Below, in pieces: positions 11,822 to 26,636 of a stretch of DNA of 64,000 bases. Source of the stretch: Fonticula alba ATCC 38817 (lineage: Eukaryota; Protista; Nucleariida). The notes below the pieces were generated by a model. It had not been told where the DNA came from, ran no database searches, and worked only from the letters and a program-made list of their open reading frames with translations. Position 1 is the first letter of the stretch; each line of letters begins with the position of its first letter. The stretch lies in NCBI GenBank assembly GCA_000388065.2, contig KB932201.1; one strand, written 5' to 3'. Made by a program: the position numbers and the translations under genes.

Positions 11822-12753
11822 TCTTGTGTGTATGTGTGCCGCCGAGCAGCGCTCGCACGTCGCTGTCCAGTCTCTCTGGGTGGCCTGCTGTTGGATTCTC
11901 CGACCGACTGGGTGGTTTAATCGCCACCACGACGCCAGCCCCCTCCCCCCACTCTCGCGCGCCCCGGCCACTTGTTCAAGACCCGTGGCATCGCTCCCCT
12001 CCCCGGCGCCCGAGGGGTCGCAACCCTCGTGTGAATGTGGGGCACAGCCCCCGGCGGTCGCGGCTGGTCTTGCGAATTTGTGAGCCCCACGTTCTGAAGG
12101 TTTCCCCCTTCCTCCGCCTCCCTGATCGGCTATCGCGCCAGCGTGCCCCGGAAAATGAGGATTCCCCAGGCGGGGGGCGAGGTCTTCCATGCACTTCCCT
12201 GGCCCCCCTGGGAGGGGCGCGAGCGGTGCCCCCCTTTTGCAGGAGAGAGAGAGAGACAGATCGGCCCGGCGAGGGCGGGACGGGTCCATGCCCCCCCCCC
12301 TTTCCCCAGACTCACAGACAAGAACTGGATGACGGGGGAGAGAGGAGGGGCGTGGGACGGGGGGGGGGGGGGGGGGGGGCCGTCCAGGAGACCAAACACG
12401 AAAAAGCCCAGCACTCTCCAAGACCCGGCGGCCGGAGCCACTCTTAACCGGGCGCGGCTCCGTGACCCGCAGGCTGACGGATCCACGATCGGAAGGGGCT
12501 CCCCTGTGGTGTGCCCCTTCAGGTCCTTGGTGTCAGGGAGGTGGCACACGCGCACGGAGCAGATATTGGCGAGTGTGTCGGACTTTGTGTGTCTTCCCCC
12601 CCCCCCATCCACCCCCAGGGCGGGGGGTTCCTCCGTAGGTGTCCTTAATCTCAGTTTCCGGGCGCCCGCATTGACTGGTCCCCCTCGTGCAGGCCCCTTT
12701 GTCACCGGGACTTCTGGTCCCGGCCCATCATGCGTGTGTGTGTCTGTGTGTGT

Positions 12754-12785
<32 letters not shown>

Positions 12786-13003
12786 CTGTGTGCGCGTGGG
12801 TGTACTTGCTTGTGTCCCCCGAGGAGATGGGCTTGGCCTGGACCACATTTTTGGGCCCCATCCCTGGGCGCCCACCGCCCCACCCTCTTCTCCAACAACC
12901 GGCAGTGTGACCTCCTCCTCTCCACTTCGCTTGTCCTCCCCCCCCCTCCCCCCCCCTTCTGCAGAGTCAGTTTCCTTTTGGCCCTCTCCTCATGCTCTCA
13001 TAG

Positions 13004-14483
<1,480 letters not shown>

Positions 14484-14659
14484 GTGCCGCATGTGCGAGC
14501 CCTGTTTCCCCCTCCTGCATGCCTCCCTCCGGGGGGGTGGGGGGGGGGAGGGGGCGGGCAGGCGTGCAGAGGCCCCCCCTATCTTCCCCCCAACACACTC
14601 AGACACAGACACATATACCCGCAATACAACGCGCGAGATCTTTCCCCCCCCCCCCCCCT

Positions 14660-15132
14660 TTTCCTCCTCCCACACGCACGAAAGCAGCTGAGAAGAGGGA
14701 GAAGGCCTCTCCTCGGCGGGAGGACAAAGAATGATGGCGAGGGAGAGACACGTGAAGGGGATCTGCCGGGTAGCCACGGAGGCCTCCTGTCCACCTCCAA
14801 ACCCGAGGGCGGGGCCTCCTCGAGCCGCCCAGGTCCCTATCCTTCGGGTCACGGTATTTTCTTTGCGTGCTTTTCGNNNNNNNNNNNNNNNNNNNNNNNN
14901 NNNNNNNNNNNNNNNNNNNNNNNNNNNNNNNNNNNNNNNNNCCCCCCCTTTCCTCCTCCCACACGCACGAAAGCAGCTGAGAAGAGGGAGAAGGCCTCTC
15001 CTCGGCGGGAGGACAAAGAATGATGGCGAGGGAGAGACACGCGAAGTGGATCTGCCGGGTAGCCACGGAGGCCTCCTGTCCACCTCCAAACCCGAGGGCG
15101 GGGCCTCCTCGAGCCGCCCAGGTCCCTATCCT
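14660..15132. repeat. About 185-bp direct duplication (14660-14843 and 14950-15132) flanking a 65-N gap
   Basis: The copies are near-identical, with two substitutions (cgtgaagggg vs cgcgaagtgg) and TTTT vs TTT. Probably an unmerged contig overlap. Confidence 0.85.
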
Positions 15133-16404
15133 GTCTCCCCGAGAAAGGCCCCTCGGGAAATGAGCGTTTTACCAAGGCGAGAGAGCGCGACCCAGGAGCG
15201 CGGGCGGTCAGGAGAAAGCGCGCCGGGCCACGATCGGCACCCGTGCCTCAGTTGACCGACGCGGGGAAGGCGCCAGGCCAGGAGGCACAAGCGGCGCTGC
15301 GTGCCGCGAAGCCGGGGCGCCAGCGGCCGGCCATTGGCGTGGCATGTGATGATAATAATAAAAGCCCCACTGCCTGAATAGAGCCTCGCGCGGTGAAAGC
15401 ACAACCACTTCCAAACTCGGGACGCGGGAGAGGAGGCCGTAGCATCGGGAGGCACTGCCGCCGGGCGGGCGGCCCACCGCGCACACGCGCTCCCAAGGCC
15501 GACCCCGTATGGCAGCCACACCAAATCCTGCCGGCTGCTCCAGCCGGGCGACAATGCGGCACGACCGCGAAGGTGCTAAGCCCGATAAACCACGGCTCTC
15601 TTTTCCAATAGCCGTGCCTTCGCCGCGTTGGCTGGTGGCGTCCTGCCGCATTAGCAAGTGGGGCCCTCTTGTCCTTGCTTCCCCGCTCACGGCCCCGCCC
15701 TTTGGTCCCCTCTTGTGTAGCTCCATAGGCGACGACGCCCTGCTGGGCACTCAGACACCACTGGACGCGCTATTCCCGGCTCGTCGAGTGGCCATAACTC
15801 GCGAAGGATGTGAGCCGCTGGAGGCCCTCCCAGTTAAGGAAGTCGAATGGGCGTCTGTCCAAAATGTTATCACGCGACAGTCACGCGGACATCTCCAAGG
15901 GCTCCCCGGGCTCGCGTCTGGCGAGGAGTGGGAAAAGGCCCAACTGGGGTCTGGTGCCACCGCACGGCCCTGGACATCCCCGCGTTTGGCACGGTCGGCC
16001 GGGACTGCCGAGCTTTTTTCTTTTTACGGCCCTCCTTTAGTGGCCAATGGGGCGTCGCGCGAGAATCCCACCGGAATGAGGGGCAAAAACTATCGTGCCC
16101 CGTTTTCCCGTCCCCATGACGCCCAGGCTTCCCCTCCTGTGTGTTGGCCGCAGCTAAGACATACCGCCCCATCGGCCCGAGCCCCGCCGGCGCCCGACAC
16201 CTCTCCTCCCCGCCCCCCTTGCGCACCTCCCTCTCTCCTTCCCCCCCCCCCTGCCCGCTTTCCCCCTGATCCCGGTGTGCTGCGACCGTCCGCGGATTCC
16301 GGCCCACCCCCTCGCCTGCCTGCTCTCCCTCCCTCTCCCTCCCTCTCCCTCTCCCTCTCCCTCTCCCTCTCCCTCGCCCGCTCGCTCGCGCGCCCCTGGC
16401 CAAG

Positions 16405-16700
16405 ATGGTGGACACATCGTTCTTCCTCGAGGCGGTACCTGCTCTCCTATCTTCACTCGCGCATGCTCGCCGCCTCACTCCGGTCCTCCTTTCCGGCCGG
16501 CCTCTCACCTCCCGACCCCCTGATGTCTTCTCCTCGGCGCCTGGACATGCGCCCAGCTCCAAAGCCAGTTGGCCGAGCCGATGGTCATCAACTCTGTCGA
16601 TGTCCGAGGCCTGAAGCGCACGCGCGATGTCCTGATCCTCTCCTGTCTGGACCCCATCTTCCACGCGCGGGTACGTGCTCCCTGCCCATCGCCTCCCCCC

Positions 16701-16768
<68 letters not shown>

Positions 16769-17252
16769 TCTCTCTCCTGCCTTCCTGACGTGTTTATTCC
16801 CTCGCTTCGCCTCCCTCCCCCTCACGCACACACACACACACACACTCATTGCACGTTCATGTAGGGAGCTCCATGAGCAGATCGTCGAGTGTGTATATGC
16901 CAAAGGCCAGACATGGCGGCTGTTGCGTGGTCGGCCGGACAAGTCGGAGCCCAACCAGATGACCACTGCGCGCAATGTCTTCCGCTCGATTCAGGAGAAT
17001 CTGGATGAGCCGCGTCTGCTGGCCTCCATCGAGGCGTCGGTTCGCCGGGTGAGGGAAAAAGGCTTCCCCCGGGAGAAGCCCCACGATTTCTTCACCAATG
17101 CGCACCCTGGACGGGGACCGGGCGGCGGGCCGCCCGGGTTCGGGCATTTTCCACCANNNNNNNNNNNNNNNNNNNNNGGCGTCTCCTGGTGTGCGCGTGT
17201 TTACGCACGCCGGGCCTCTCGTCCCCCTCCCCCCCCCCCCCCCCGCGCCCCC

Positions 17253-17288
<36 letters not shown>

Positions 17289-17797
17289 AGTCCCCCTTGG
17301 GCCCTTCGCCCTTTCCTCCATTCTGTCGCCGGAATCTAATCCTCGGCCCGGCCCTCGGCCCAGACCTTTGACGAAGTTCAAGACGAAGTGGTGGCCCTTT
17401 ATGAGCGCCTCCTGGGCCTGGACATTTACAGCAGCGTGCGCATCAGTCTGAAGGCCGTCCCGAAGCCGGACTTCCTCCTGGACCGCGATGCCGACCTCAT
17501 CGGCAGCATGGACTTCGATGTGGATGACGACCTGGCCATCCAGCACATGCTGGCCTCCCTGCCGAAAAAGCTGCTGTTCATGCTGCGAGATGACATCCGC
17601 GCGGCCGGCACCGACATCAGCACTGCCGAGCTGATGACCATCTTCCGCAAGACCTCGCGGCGCTTCCTGGCCTCGGAGCCGGAGTTCATGTACGGCCAGC
17701 TGGAACAGGCCGACCTGGTGGTGGACCTGGTGGAGAAGTCGGCCATCAGCGCCCACGCCGGCACATATGTCGGAACGGTGACGAGCTCCGTGGTGCG

Positions 17798-17836
<39 letters not shown>

Positions 17837-20069
17837 CCCCCCCTTCTCTTGCTCCCTCCTCCTTGTCAATCCTCTGCGCCTCCTCTGACTGGCTTTCCTT
17901 CTCGCGTCGGCTCTCCCCTGGCAGAACACCACGGTGGCCTTGCGGAACATTACTGGGCTTGGTGACACCATTCGTCTGGAAAGCGCCCACTCCATGGACT
18001 ATAGCCGGACCTTCCGGGTGCGACCGACATCATCACCCTCTCCGGCCGGGGTGGCCTTCTGTGGCCTCGTGCTAACGGCCCGACCATTTCGCCCCTTGTC
18101 CCACAGATGGACTACCACCTCTGCTTGGATGCCAACCCAGCGACCCCCTTCACGGTGTCGCTCTACAAGCAGGACTACGACTGGAAGACCAGCAGCTCCC
18201 ATGCGGAGGAGGTCTACGGCCTGTCCACCAGCATTCGGGTGCGCTTGCTTGGCGCCAATGCTCCTTTTGATGGTCGCATCGCGCATGTTCGCAGGCTGAC
18301 TTTCGACTGCTCGCCCCCTTTTTCTTCTTCTTCTTCTTCTGCTTCTTCTTCTGCTTCTTCTTCTGCTTCTTCTTCTGCTTCTTCTTCTTCTGCTTCTGCT
18401 TCTTCTGCTTCTTCTTCCCTCCTTCGCCCTGCGCTCGCCCCCGTGACCGACCGTCTGCATCTAGACTCCCTCCCCCTTTGGTCGCCACACGATCGCCTAC
18501 GACGCCAGCCTTCGAAACATCTCCTCCCTCACGGACCAGGCATCCCTCTCGTGCGTTCTACTTGGCCAAGTCATCCTCCCCCCCCCCCCCTCCCGCACCC
18601 CGGCCCTCCCCTCGCTCTGAGCGAGGACCGGAGAGGAGGACCGTCAACTTGCACTTCCCTTCATCTGCTCAGGTGGCTTCCCTCTCTCGGCCTCGCCTCC
18701 TCTGACCCTTTGTCGTCCGTGCTCCTCTCTCAAACAGCGTCCGGTCTGAGGCCGGGTACACGGCCAAGTCCGCCCTCCGGCACGAGTGGGTGGCCTCCAG
18801 CGAGGATTCGGAGACAATGCCGCGCCACGGCGCCCGGGCCCGAATGGCCACCGAGGTGGCCGGCCTGCTGGGCGATGTGAACCACCTTCGCCATGAGACG
18901 GAAGTCCGCGCGTCGACCACCCTGCCGGGCGACATCGTGCGTGCTGCCAACTTCGAGGGGCTCCCCCCCCCCTTTGCCTCTCTCCGGTGTCGCCTACTTG
19001 GTTGTGCTCTGTGCCCTGCCATGGGGCCGCGTCTCTGACCCGCCTCCGCTCCCGCCCTCCGCCGCCCCCCCCCCCCCTACCCCTACCCGGCTGCCCTCGC
19101 CCTATCTAGACCCTGTCGATCGGCGCGCACGCCGGCTTCATTTCCCCCCTCTTCAGCAAGGCAGACATCATGAATGCCCCCTCCTCCGACGATCTCACCG
19201 GAGCGGCCAAGCTCCCAAGCAACGTACCCATCAATGACCGCTTCTTCCTCGGCGGGCCGCTGACCATGCGTGGCTACGCACACCGGAACTTCGGCCCGCG
19301 CATCCGCCGTGCGCCCGACCCACGAGCATGCCACCCCACCCGGCCATCCTGTTGCCTGCATTCTCCCTAACCACATCTTTGCCTCCTCTCTCTCTCTCTC
19401 TCTCTCTCTCCCTCTGGGCCCCTGATCGTGTGCAGGCCTCAGCGGCTTGGCCAAGCACGGCAGCCATGTTGCGATGCCGGGCTCGGACGCCGTCGGCGGG
19501 GATGTCTTCGCCGCGGCGGCGGCCCATCTCTATGCCCCGGTCCCCCTTGTGTCCCGCTATGCTGACGTCCGGCTTCACCTGTTTGCCAACGCCGGGAGCC
19601 TGCTCCTGCGCGATCCGGCCAGTGCGTTTCCCTGCGTGTCTTGGCATTTCTTCTCTCGCCAGTCGTCTCAGTCCCCCTCCCCCTCTGGTTTTCATTTGCC
19701 CATCCCGCTGCTGACCCATGCTGCCCCGGACTCACCTGCCTCCCCCCCCCCCCCCCACCCCTCCCCCGCCATCGCCCGTTCCCGCCACGTGCCCTGATAG
19801 CGCCGCTTCTTTCGAAGGACACGGCCAATGCACTGGCCAGCTCGATCACCACCACCACCGGCCTCGGTCTGTCCTGGGCCCAGGGGCCGCTGCGCCTCGA
19901 GTGCAACCTCATCTTCCCGACCTTGACCAAGGGAACCAGCGTGGAGCCCGGCAGCCTGGCCCGCTTCACCAGCAACCGCGCGTTGCAGGAGCGCTTCGCC
20001 AACGGCCTCAACCTGGCCGGGCTCGGCCTGCCAGCCTGGCAAATTGGCATCGGCCTTTCCTTCTTCTGA
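16405..20069 (+). CDS. SAMM50: Sam50/Tob55 (Omp85 family) mitochondrial outer-membrane beta-barrel insertase
   Basis: POTRA segment MVINSVDVRGLKRTRDVLI...IFHAR|TFDEV..LYERLLGLDIYSSVRISL. Barrel motifs DRFFLGGPLTMRGY, DAVGGDVF...HLYAPVP, RLHLFANAG, GLGLSWAQGPLRLECN, and a terminal beta-signal WQIGIGLSFF. Introns are GT-AG and in phase. Confidence 0.9.
16696..16768 (+). repeat. About 70-nt poly-C tract in a SAM50 intron (a similar poly-G tract lies at about 32337-32412 in HRD1; many shorter ones exist)
   Basis: Read directly. The tracts are C-rich on the sense strand of the host gene. Confidence 0.95.
18321..18417 (+). repeat. (TTC)n/TGC interspersed trinucleotide repeat in a SAM50 intron
   Basis: Read directly: ttcttcttctgc units repeated. 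Confidence 0.9.
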
Positions 20070-20720
20070 TGGCCCACTCCCTGGTGCCCGTCGTCCCTGG
20101 CATCCCTCTCCGCCTGCTCGCCCGTGGAACATATCCCCCTCTCCCCCTCCTCCCTCTTCCCGCTCAGGAAGGCCGGCAGGCCCAGCTCCAGAATAGACAT
20201 ACTCCGAATGCATCATCCCAGAACGGGGCCTTCCCACGGCCGCCGGGCAATGTGTGCTTCGACCATTATTCCGGGCTGCCGGGGCGCGGGCGCGAGACCC
20301 GGCCAGGGCACATGCCGACGCATGGGCCCCCTCCGCGCATTTGAATGCAATCTCCGGCTTCTCCCGAGCCCCGTTGTTCCTTTCGCGGTCCTGGCCCGGC
20401 GGGTTCCAGTCTCGGGGGGGGGNNNNNNNNNNNNNNNNNNNNNNNNNNNNNNNNNNNNNNNNNNNNNNNNNNNNNNNNNNNNNNNNNNNNNNNNNNNNNN
20501 NNNNNNNNNNNNNNNNNNNNNNNNNNNNNNNNNNNNNNNNNNNNNNNNNNNNNNNNNNNNNNNNNNNNNNNNNNNNNNNNNNNNNNNNNNNNNNNNNNNN
20601 NNNNNNNNNNNNNNNNNNNNNNNNNNNNNNNNNNNNNNNNNNNNNNNNNNNNNNNCCCTCTGCATCGCATCCGCCCGCCTGCCTTTTCCTCGACCTGCCC
20701 TCCCCTCGTCTCGGCCCACC

Positions 20721-21060
20721 ATGCACCCCAACCTCGACTCCTACAAGTTCGATTACTGCGCCGAAGTGATCAATGCCCTTCAGGAGTGTCATCGTACGCA
20801 CCGGCTGAAGCGTTTCTTCGGTGTGTGCACTCCACTGAAGGAAAGCCTGTCCGAGTGCCTGACCCAAGATGTACGCTCCTCCGCCCCCCCCCCTCCCTTT
20901 GCGACCTGCAGCCGTGTCTCCGTGCTTGGCACCACCTGTGACTGACCTGTCCTTCTCCCTCTCGCGCTTTTAGTACCGCATGAAGCAGGCCGAGAACAGT
21001 GCCAAGGCCCGCGCTAAGAAGGAGAAGATGCGCAAGTTCAACGAGGAGCTTGGCATCTGA
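20721..21060 (+). CDS. CMC2: COX assembly twin-CX9C protein CMC2, 2 exons (20721-20870, 20974-21060), 78 aa
   Basis: MHPNLDSYKFDYCAEVINALQECHRTHRLKRFFGVCTPLKESLSECLTQD|YRMKQ...; CX9C-X12-CX9C spacing and the MHP start typical of CMC2. Confidence 0.85.
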
Positions 21061-23327
21061 TGCTGCATCCCTCCGCCCGTTTCTCCGCCATTTCTCGCCA
21101 CCCTCCCCTCCTTGCAACAGGCGCCGGCCCGACTGCGTGTGTCCGGTGCAATAGAGCCTTTCCCAAAATGCATACCTCCTGCCCTCCCACCCCTACCTCC
21201 GTCTTTGCTTCTTATTGCCCAGGCACAGGAGGGGAGGGGGAGGCGTGTACCTCCCTTTCTTGCCCCCCCCCCCCTCCCCTCTCTCTCTCTCTCCTCTTCC
21301 TTAGCATGTATNNNNNNNNNNNNNNNNNNNNNNNNNNNNNNNNNNNNNNNNNNNNNNNNNNNNNNNNNNNNNNNNNNNNNNNNNNNNNNNNNNNNNNNNN
21401 NNNNNNNNNNNNNNNNNNNNNNNNNNNNNNNNNNNNNNNNNNNNNNNNNNNNNNNNNNNNNNNNNNNNNNNNNNNNNNNNNNNNNNNNNNNNNNNNNNNN
21501 NNNNNNNNNNNNNNNNNNNNNNNNNNNNNNNNNNNNNNNNNNNNNNNNNNNNNNNNNNNNNNNNNNNNNNNNNNNNNNNNNNNNNNNNNNNNNNNNNNNN
21601 NNNNNNNNNNNNNNNNNNNNNNNNNNNNNNNNNNNNNNNNNNNNNNNNNNNNNNNNNNNNNNNNNNNNNNNNNNNNNNNNNNNNNNNNNNNNNNNNNNNN
21701 NNNNNNNNNNNNNNNNNNNNNNNNNNNNNNNNNNNNNNNNNNNNNNNNNNNNNNNNNNNNNNNNNNNNNNNNNNNNNNNNNNNNNNNNNNNNNNNNNNNN
21801 NNNNNNNNNNNNNNNNNNNNNNNNNNNNNNNNNNNNNNNNNNNNNNNNNNNNNNNNNNNNNNNNNNNNNNNNNNNNNNNNNNNNNNNNNNNNNNNNNNNN
21901 NNNNNNNNNNNNNNNNNNNNNNNNNNNNNNNNNNNNNNNNNNNNNNNNNNNNNNNNNNNNNNNNNNNNNNNNNNNNNNNNNNNNNNNNNNNNNNNNNNNN
22001 NNNNNNNNNNNNNNNNNNNNNNNNNNNNNNNNNNNNNNNNNNNNNNNNNNNNNNNNNNNNNNNNNNNNNNNNNNNNNNNNNNNNNNNNNNNNNNNNNNNN
22101 NNNNNNNNNNNNNNNNNNNNNNNNNNNNNNNNCGGGCAGTTGGCCGACATCAGGGTGACCAGAGAGGGGGGGGGGGGCGAGAGAGAGAGAGAGAGAGAGG
22201 GAGGGAGGGAGAGAGAGAGAGAGAAAGGGAGGGAGGGAGAGAGAAGTGTAAAGTGGCACTGAGAGAGGGAGCCAGAGAGTGGGAGAAAGGCAGGGAGGCT
22301 GGCGAAGGTGTGTGCTCGTGTGCGTGTCTAGGGCGCTGGGCCTCGCACTGGGTGGCCGGGCGAAAAGACCGGCTTGGTGATCGACACCGCTCCCCGACGT
22401 GTCCGAGGAGGGGGTGGGTCGGCGGCGAGCAGGGCACAGCGGAACATGTTTTTTGTCAAGGCCCCCGGCAAGCCGGGGGAGGCTGGGGTGTTACTTGCGC
22501 CAGCCCCCTGCCACCACCACAGTACATGGTGTGCCTGGGCCACCAACTTCCACCAAACAGGGTGATCGAATGTCTGGACCCCACTGGGATCACGCCATCA
22601 GCCCGGAACATGTGCCAAGAATGCCAACGCTCTTTGCTCCATGCGGTCTTCGGCAAAAACGCCCGGGGCTCGGACGCGTGGGCGTCTATGTGCGTGCGCG
22701 CGCGCGCGCACCTGTGTCCGGGCGGGGCGACAAGTCCTGCCAGTTCCGCGCGCGCGCCCCCCCCCCCCCCCNNNNNNNNNNNNNNNNNNNNNNNNNNNNN
22801 NNNNNNNNNNNNNNNNNNNNNNNNNNNNNNNNNNNNNNNNNNNNNNNNNNNNNNNNNNNNNNNNNNNNNNNNNNNNNNNNNNNNNNNNNNNNNNNNNNNN
22901 NNNNNNNNNNNNNNNNNNNNNNNNNNNNNNNNNNNNNNNNNNNNNNNNNNNNNNNNNNNNNNNNNNNNNNNNNNNNNNNNNNNNNNNNNNNNNNNNNNNN
23001 NNNNNNNNNNNNNNNNNNNNNNNNNNNNNNNNNNNNNNNNNNNNNNNNNNNNNNNNNNNNNNNNNNNNNNNNNNNNNNNNNNNNNNNNNNNNNNNNNNNN
23101 NNNNNNNNNNNNNNNNNNNNNNNNNNNNNNNNNNNNNNNNNNNNNNNNNNNNNNNNNNNNNNNNNNNNNNNNNNNNNNNNNNNNNNNNNNNNNNNNNNNN
23201 NNNNNNNNNNNNNNNNNNNNNNNNNNNNNNNNNNNNNNNNNNNNNNNNNNNNNNNNNNNNNNNNNNNNNNNNNNNNNNNNNNNNNNNNNNNNNNNNNNNN
23301 NNNNNNNNNNNNNNNNNNNNNNNNNNC

Positions 23328-24598
<1,271 letters not shown>

Positions 24599-25356
24599 GA
24601 GCGCGGAGAGAGGGGGAGATCTTCTCCCTCTTTTTTGTCGCTTGCCGCCGCCTCCGCTTCAGATTCACCACCCACCTTCCCCCATGGCCCGCTCTCTGGC
24701 ACACTGCAAGGGGCGGCGTCTCAGCGTGTCTGCAGCACGCTGCTCCTCCCCTGCTTCTTCCCTCCCCCCTGTATTTCTACTTCAACTGCTCTCCGATGTT
24801 CCTCCCTCTGGGAAGGGAGGTGTGCGAGGGCACATGGGCTTTTTGGGAGTAGGAACATTACAAATGCACTGTGCTCCCTTCCCGCACTCCCTTCTCTCCC
24901 CCTCCATGTGTATTTTTTGTGATGCTGTATGCCGGCTCTTCCCCTGCACGCTCCCTTCAGAAGGGAGACAGACAGGCAGAGCAGCTGCTATGTGGGTATG
25001 CGCCCGCTCCGCGCGACAGAGACATATACAACCGCACGGCACTTTTACCTGGTCTTTTCTGCGCCTTTTTCTTCCCTGCCGATGCGCCTCTCCCCGCACA
25101 CCACCAACCCCGGGAAGGAAGGGAGGAGTCTAGCCTGCGGTGACAAAAGGGACAGGGAGATGAGGCGGGAAAAAAAAAAAGAAACATGCTGATGGGGCAA
25201 TTCCTTGCGCAAAAGAAAAAAGGGACACATCCATGGATGGCTGCTGTATCAACCCCCCACACAGACAAGGGCAGGGAAAGGGAAGGAGGGGAGGGGGGGG
25301 GCAGCGGGAGGGCAATATCCCCATCTCGAGGGGGGAGGCCTGGCCGGCGGGGACGT

Positions 25357-25805
25357 CTACTCCTCCTGGCCGAAGGTCCCATCGAACCAGAATGCAATCT
25401 CCGAGGCCGCCGTCTGGGGAGAGTCTTGGGCAGGGACAGCGAAGAGGCGGCGGGTCAGTCGGAGGGCACACGGATCAAGTCGGGAAAGGGAGGGCATAAG
25501 GAAAACCAAAAGAGATGGCCGGGATACCACTGCCGTGAAAAGCATTTCGCGTGTCTGTCAGTCCAAAGAGGGCGCGCAGCTTCTCCGGGCTGGCATTTTT
25601 GCACCTGGCAGGGGCGGAGGAGGCAAGGTGAGCACATGTCAGCGGGCGAAGAAAAGCCGAGAGGCGCAGACTTGGGGCATTCGGGGGGTGGTAGGCGGTC
25701 GGGTCGTCAAGCAAGGCATACTGCACGGGGCGCGTGGGCCCGATGAGCTCGCGCCACTTGGCAATGGCGTTGGGCCCCTCAAACTGGATGGCAATCACCT
25801 GGCCG
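25357..25805 (-). CDS. NME6: Nucleoside diphosphate kinase, group II NME6-like; 3' three exons visible, 5' part in gap 25822-26147
   Basis: Spliced SGQVIAIQFEGPNAIAKWRELIGPTRPVQCKNASPEKLRALFGLTDTRNAFHGSDSPQTAASEIAFWF. Catalytic HGSDS, and the FGLTDTRN segment matches NME6. Confidence 0.72.
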
Positions 25806-26636
25806 CTGCAGGGCGGGGGGGNNNNNNNNNNNNNNNNNNNNNNNNNNNNNNNNNNNNNNNNNNNNNNNNNNNNNNNNNNNNNNNNNNNNNNNNNNNNNNN
25901 NNNNNNNNNNNNNNNNNNNNNNNNNNNNNNNNNNNNNNNNNNNNNNNNNNNNNNNNNNNNNNNNNNNNNNNNNNNNNNNNNNNNNNNNNNNNNNNNNNNN
26001 NNNNNNNNNNNNNNNNNNNNNNNNNNNNNNNNNNNNNNNNNNNNNNNNNNNNNNNNNNNNNNNNNNNNNNNNNNNNNNNNNNNNNNNNNNNNNNNNNNNN
26101 NNNNNNNNNNNNNNNNNNNNNNNNNNNNNNNNNNNNNNNNNNNNNNNTGTGTAACTTGGAGGGGAGGCGATAACACTCATCAAGAGGGGCGGGGGGCGAT
26201 GCATTCGGGTCTTGGGTTTCCGCAAGAGGCGAGCCAGCCGGCGTGCCCGAAGAAGCCCGCGAACCACCCCCACCACACACGGGCGTCCACACCTGCCACT
26301 CCTGTCTCCCTCCCGGGTGGACCTCTTCAAGGGGGGGGGGGACTCGATCAGATCGGCTGCCAACTGATCTACAAGCCGTAGACCACCCGTGCGGTGTTAG
26401 GCCCCCCCCCCCCCCGGGCCCACCGTTGTCGGGGCATGTGTATTTCAAATCCCCGAGCCAGGGCGATCTCCTGCCCCCCGGGTCGCGCAACCGGCCGAAT
26501 CTCGATCCGCCAAAGCCTCCTTCCTGCTTGCATCCTGTCTGCTTCCTGCCCACTTCCCCCCTCCCGGCCCCTCTCTCCCTTTCTCCCCCGTGCGACTTTC
26601 ATCCAGCTTGATATCCTACCGGCTCCCGCGCTCTTG

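Noticed and set aside
12130-12861. Minus-strand ORF with intron-like microsatellite orientation, divergent from the UMP-CMP kinase gene
   Set aside because: No splice combination gave a coherent protein and the donor signals are weak. It is not supportable without RNA data.
14660-15132. Near-identical 185-bp direct repeat, suggesting LTRs or a tandem duplication
   Set aside because: The copies flank an N-gap and copy 1 trails into unrelated contig-end sequence. There are no TG...CA ends or target-site duplication. An unmerged overlap is the simplest explanation.
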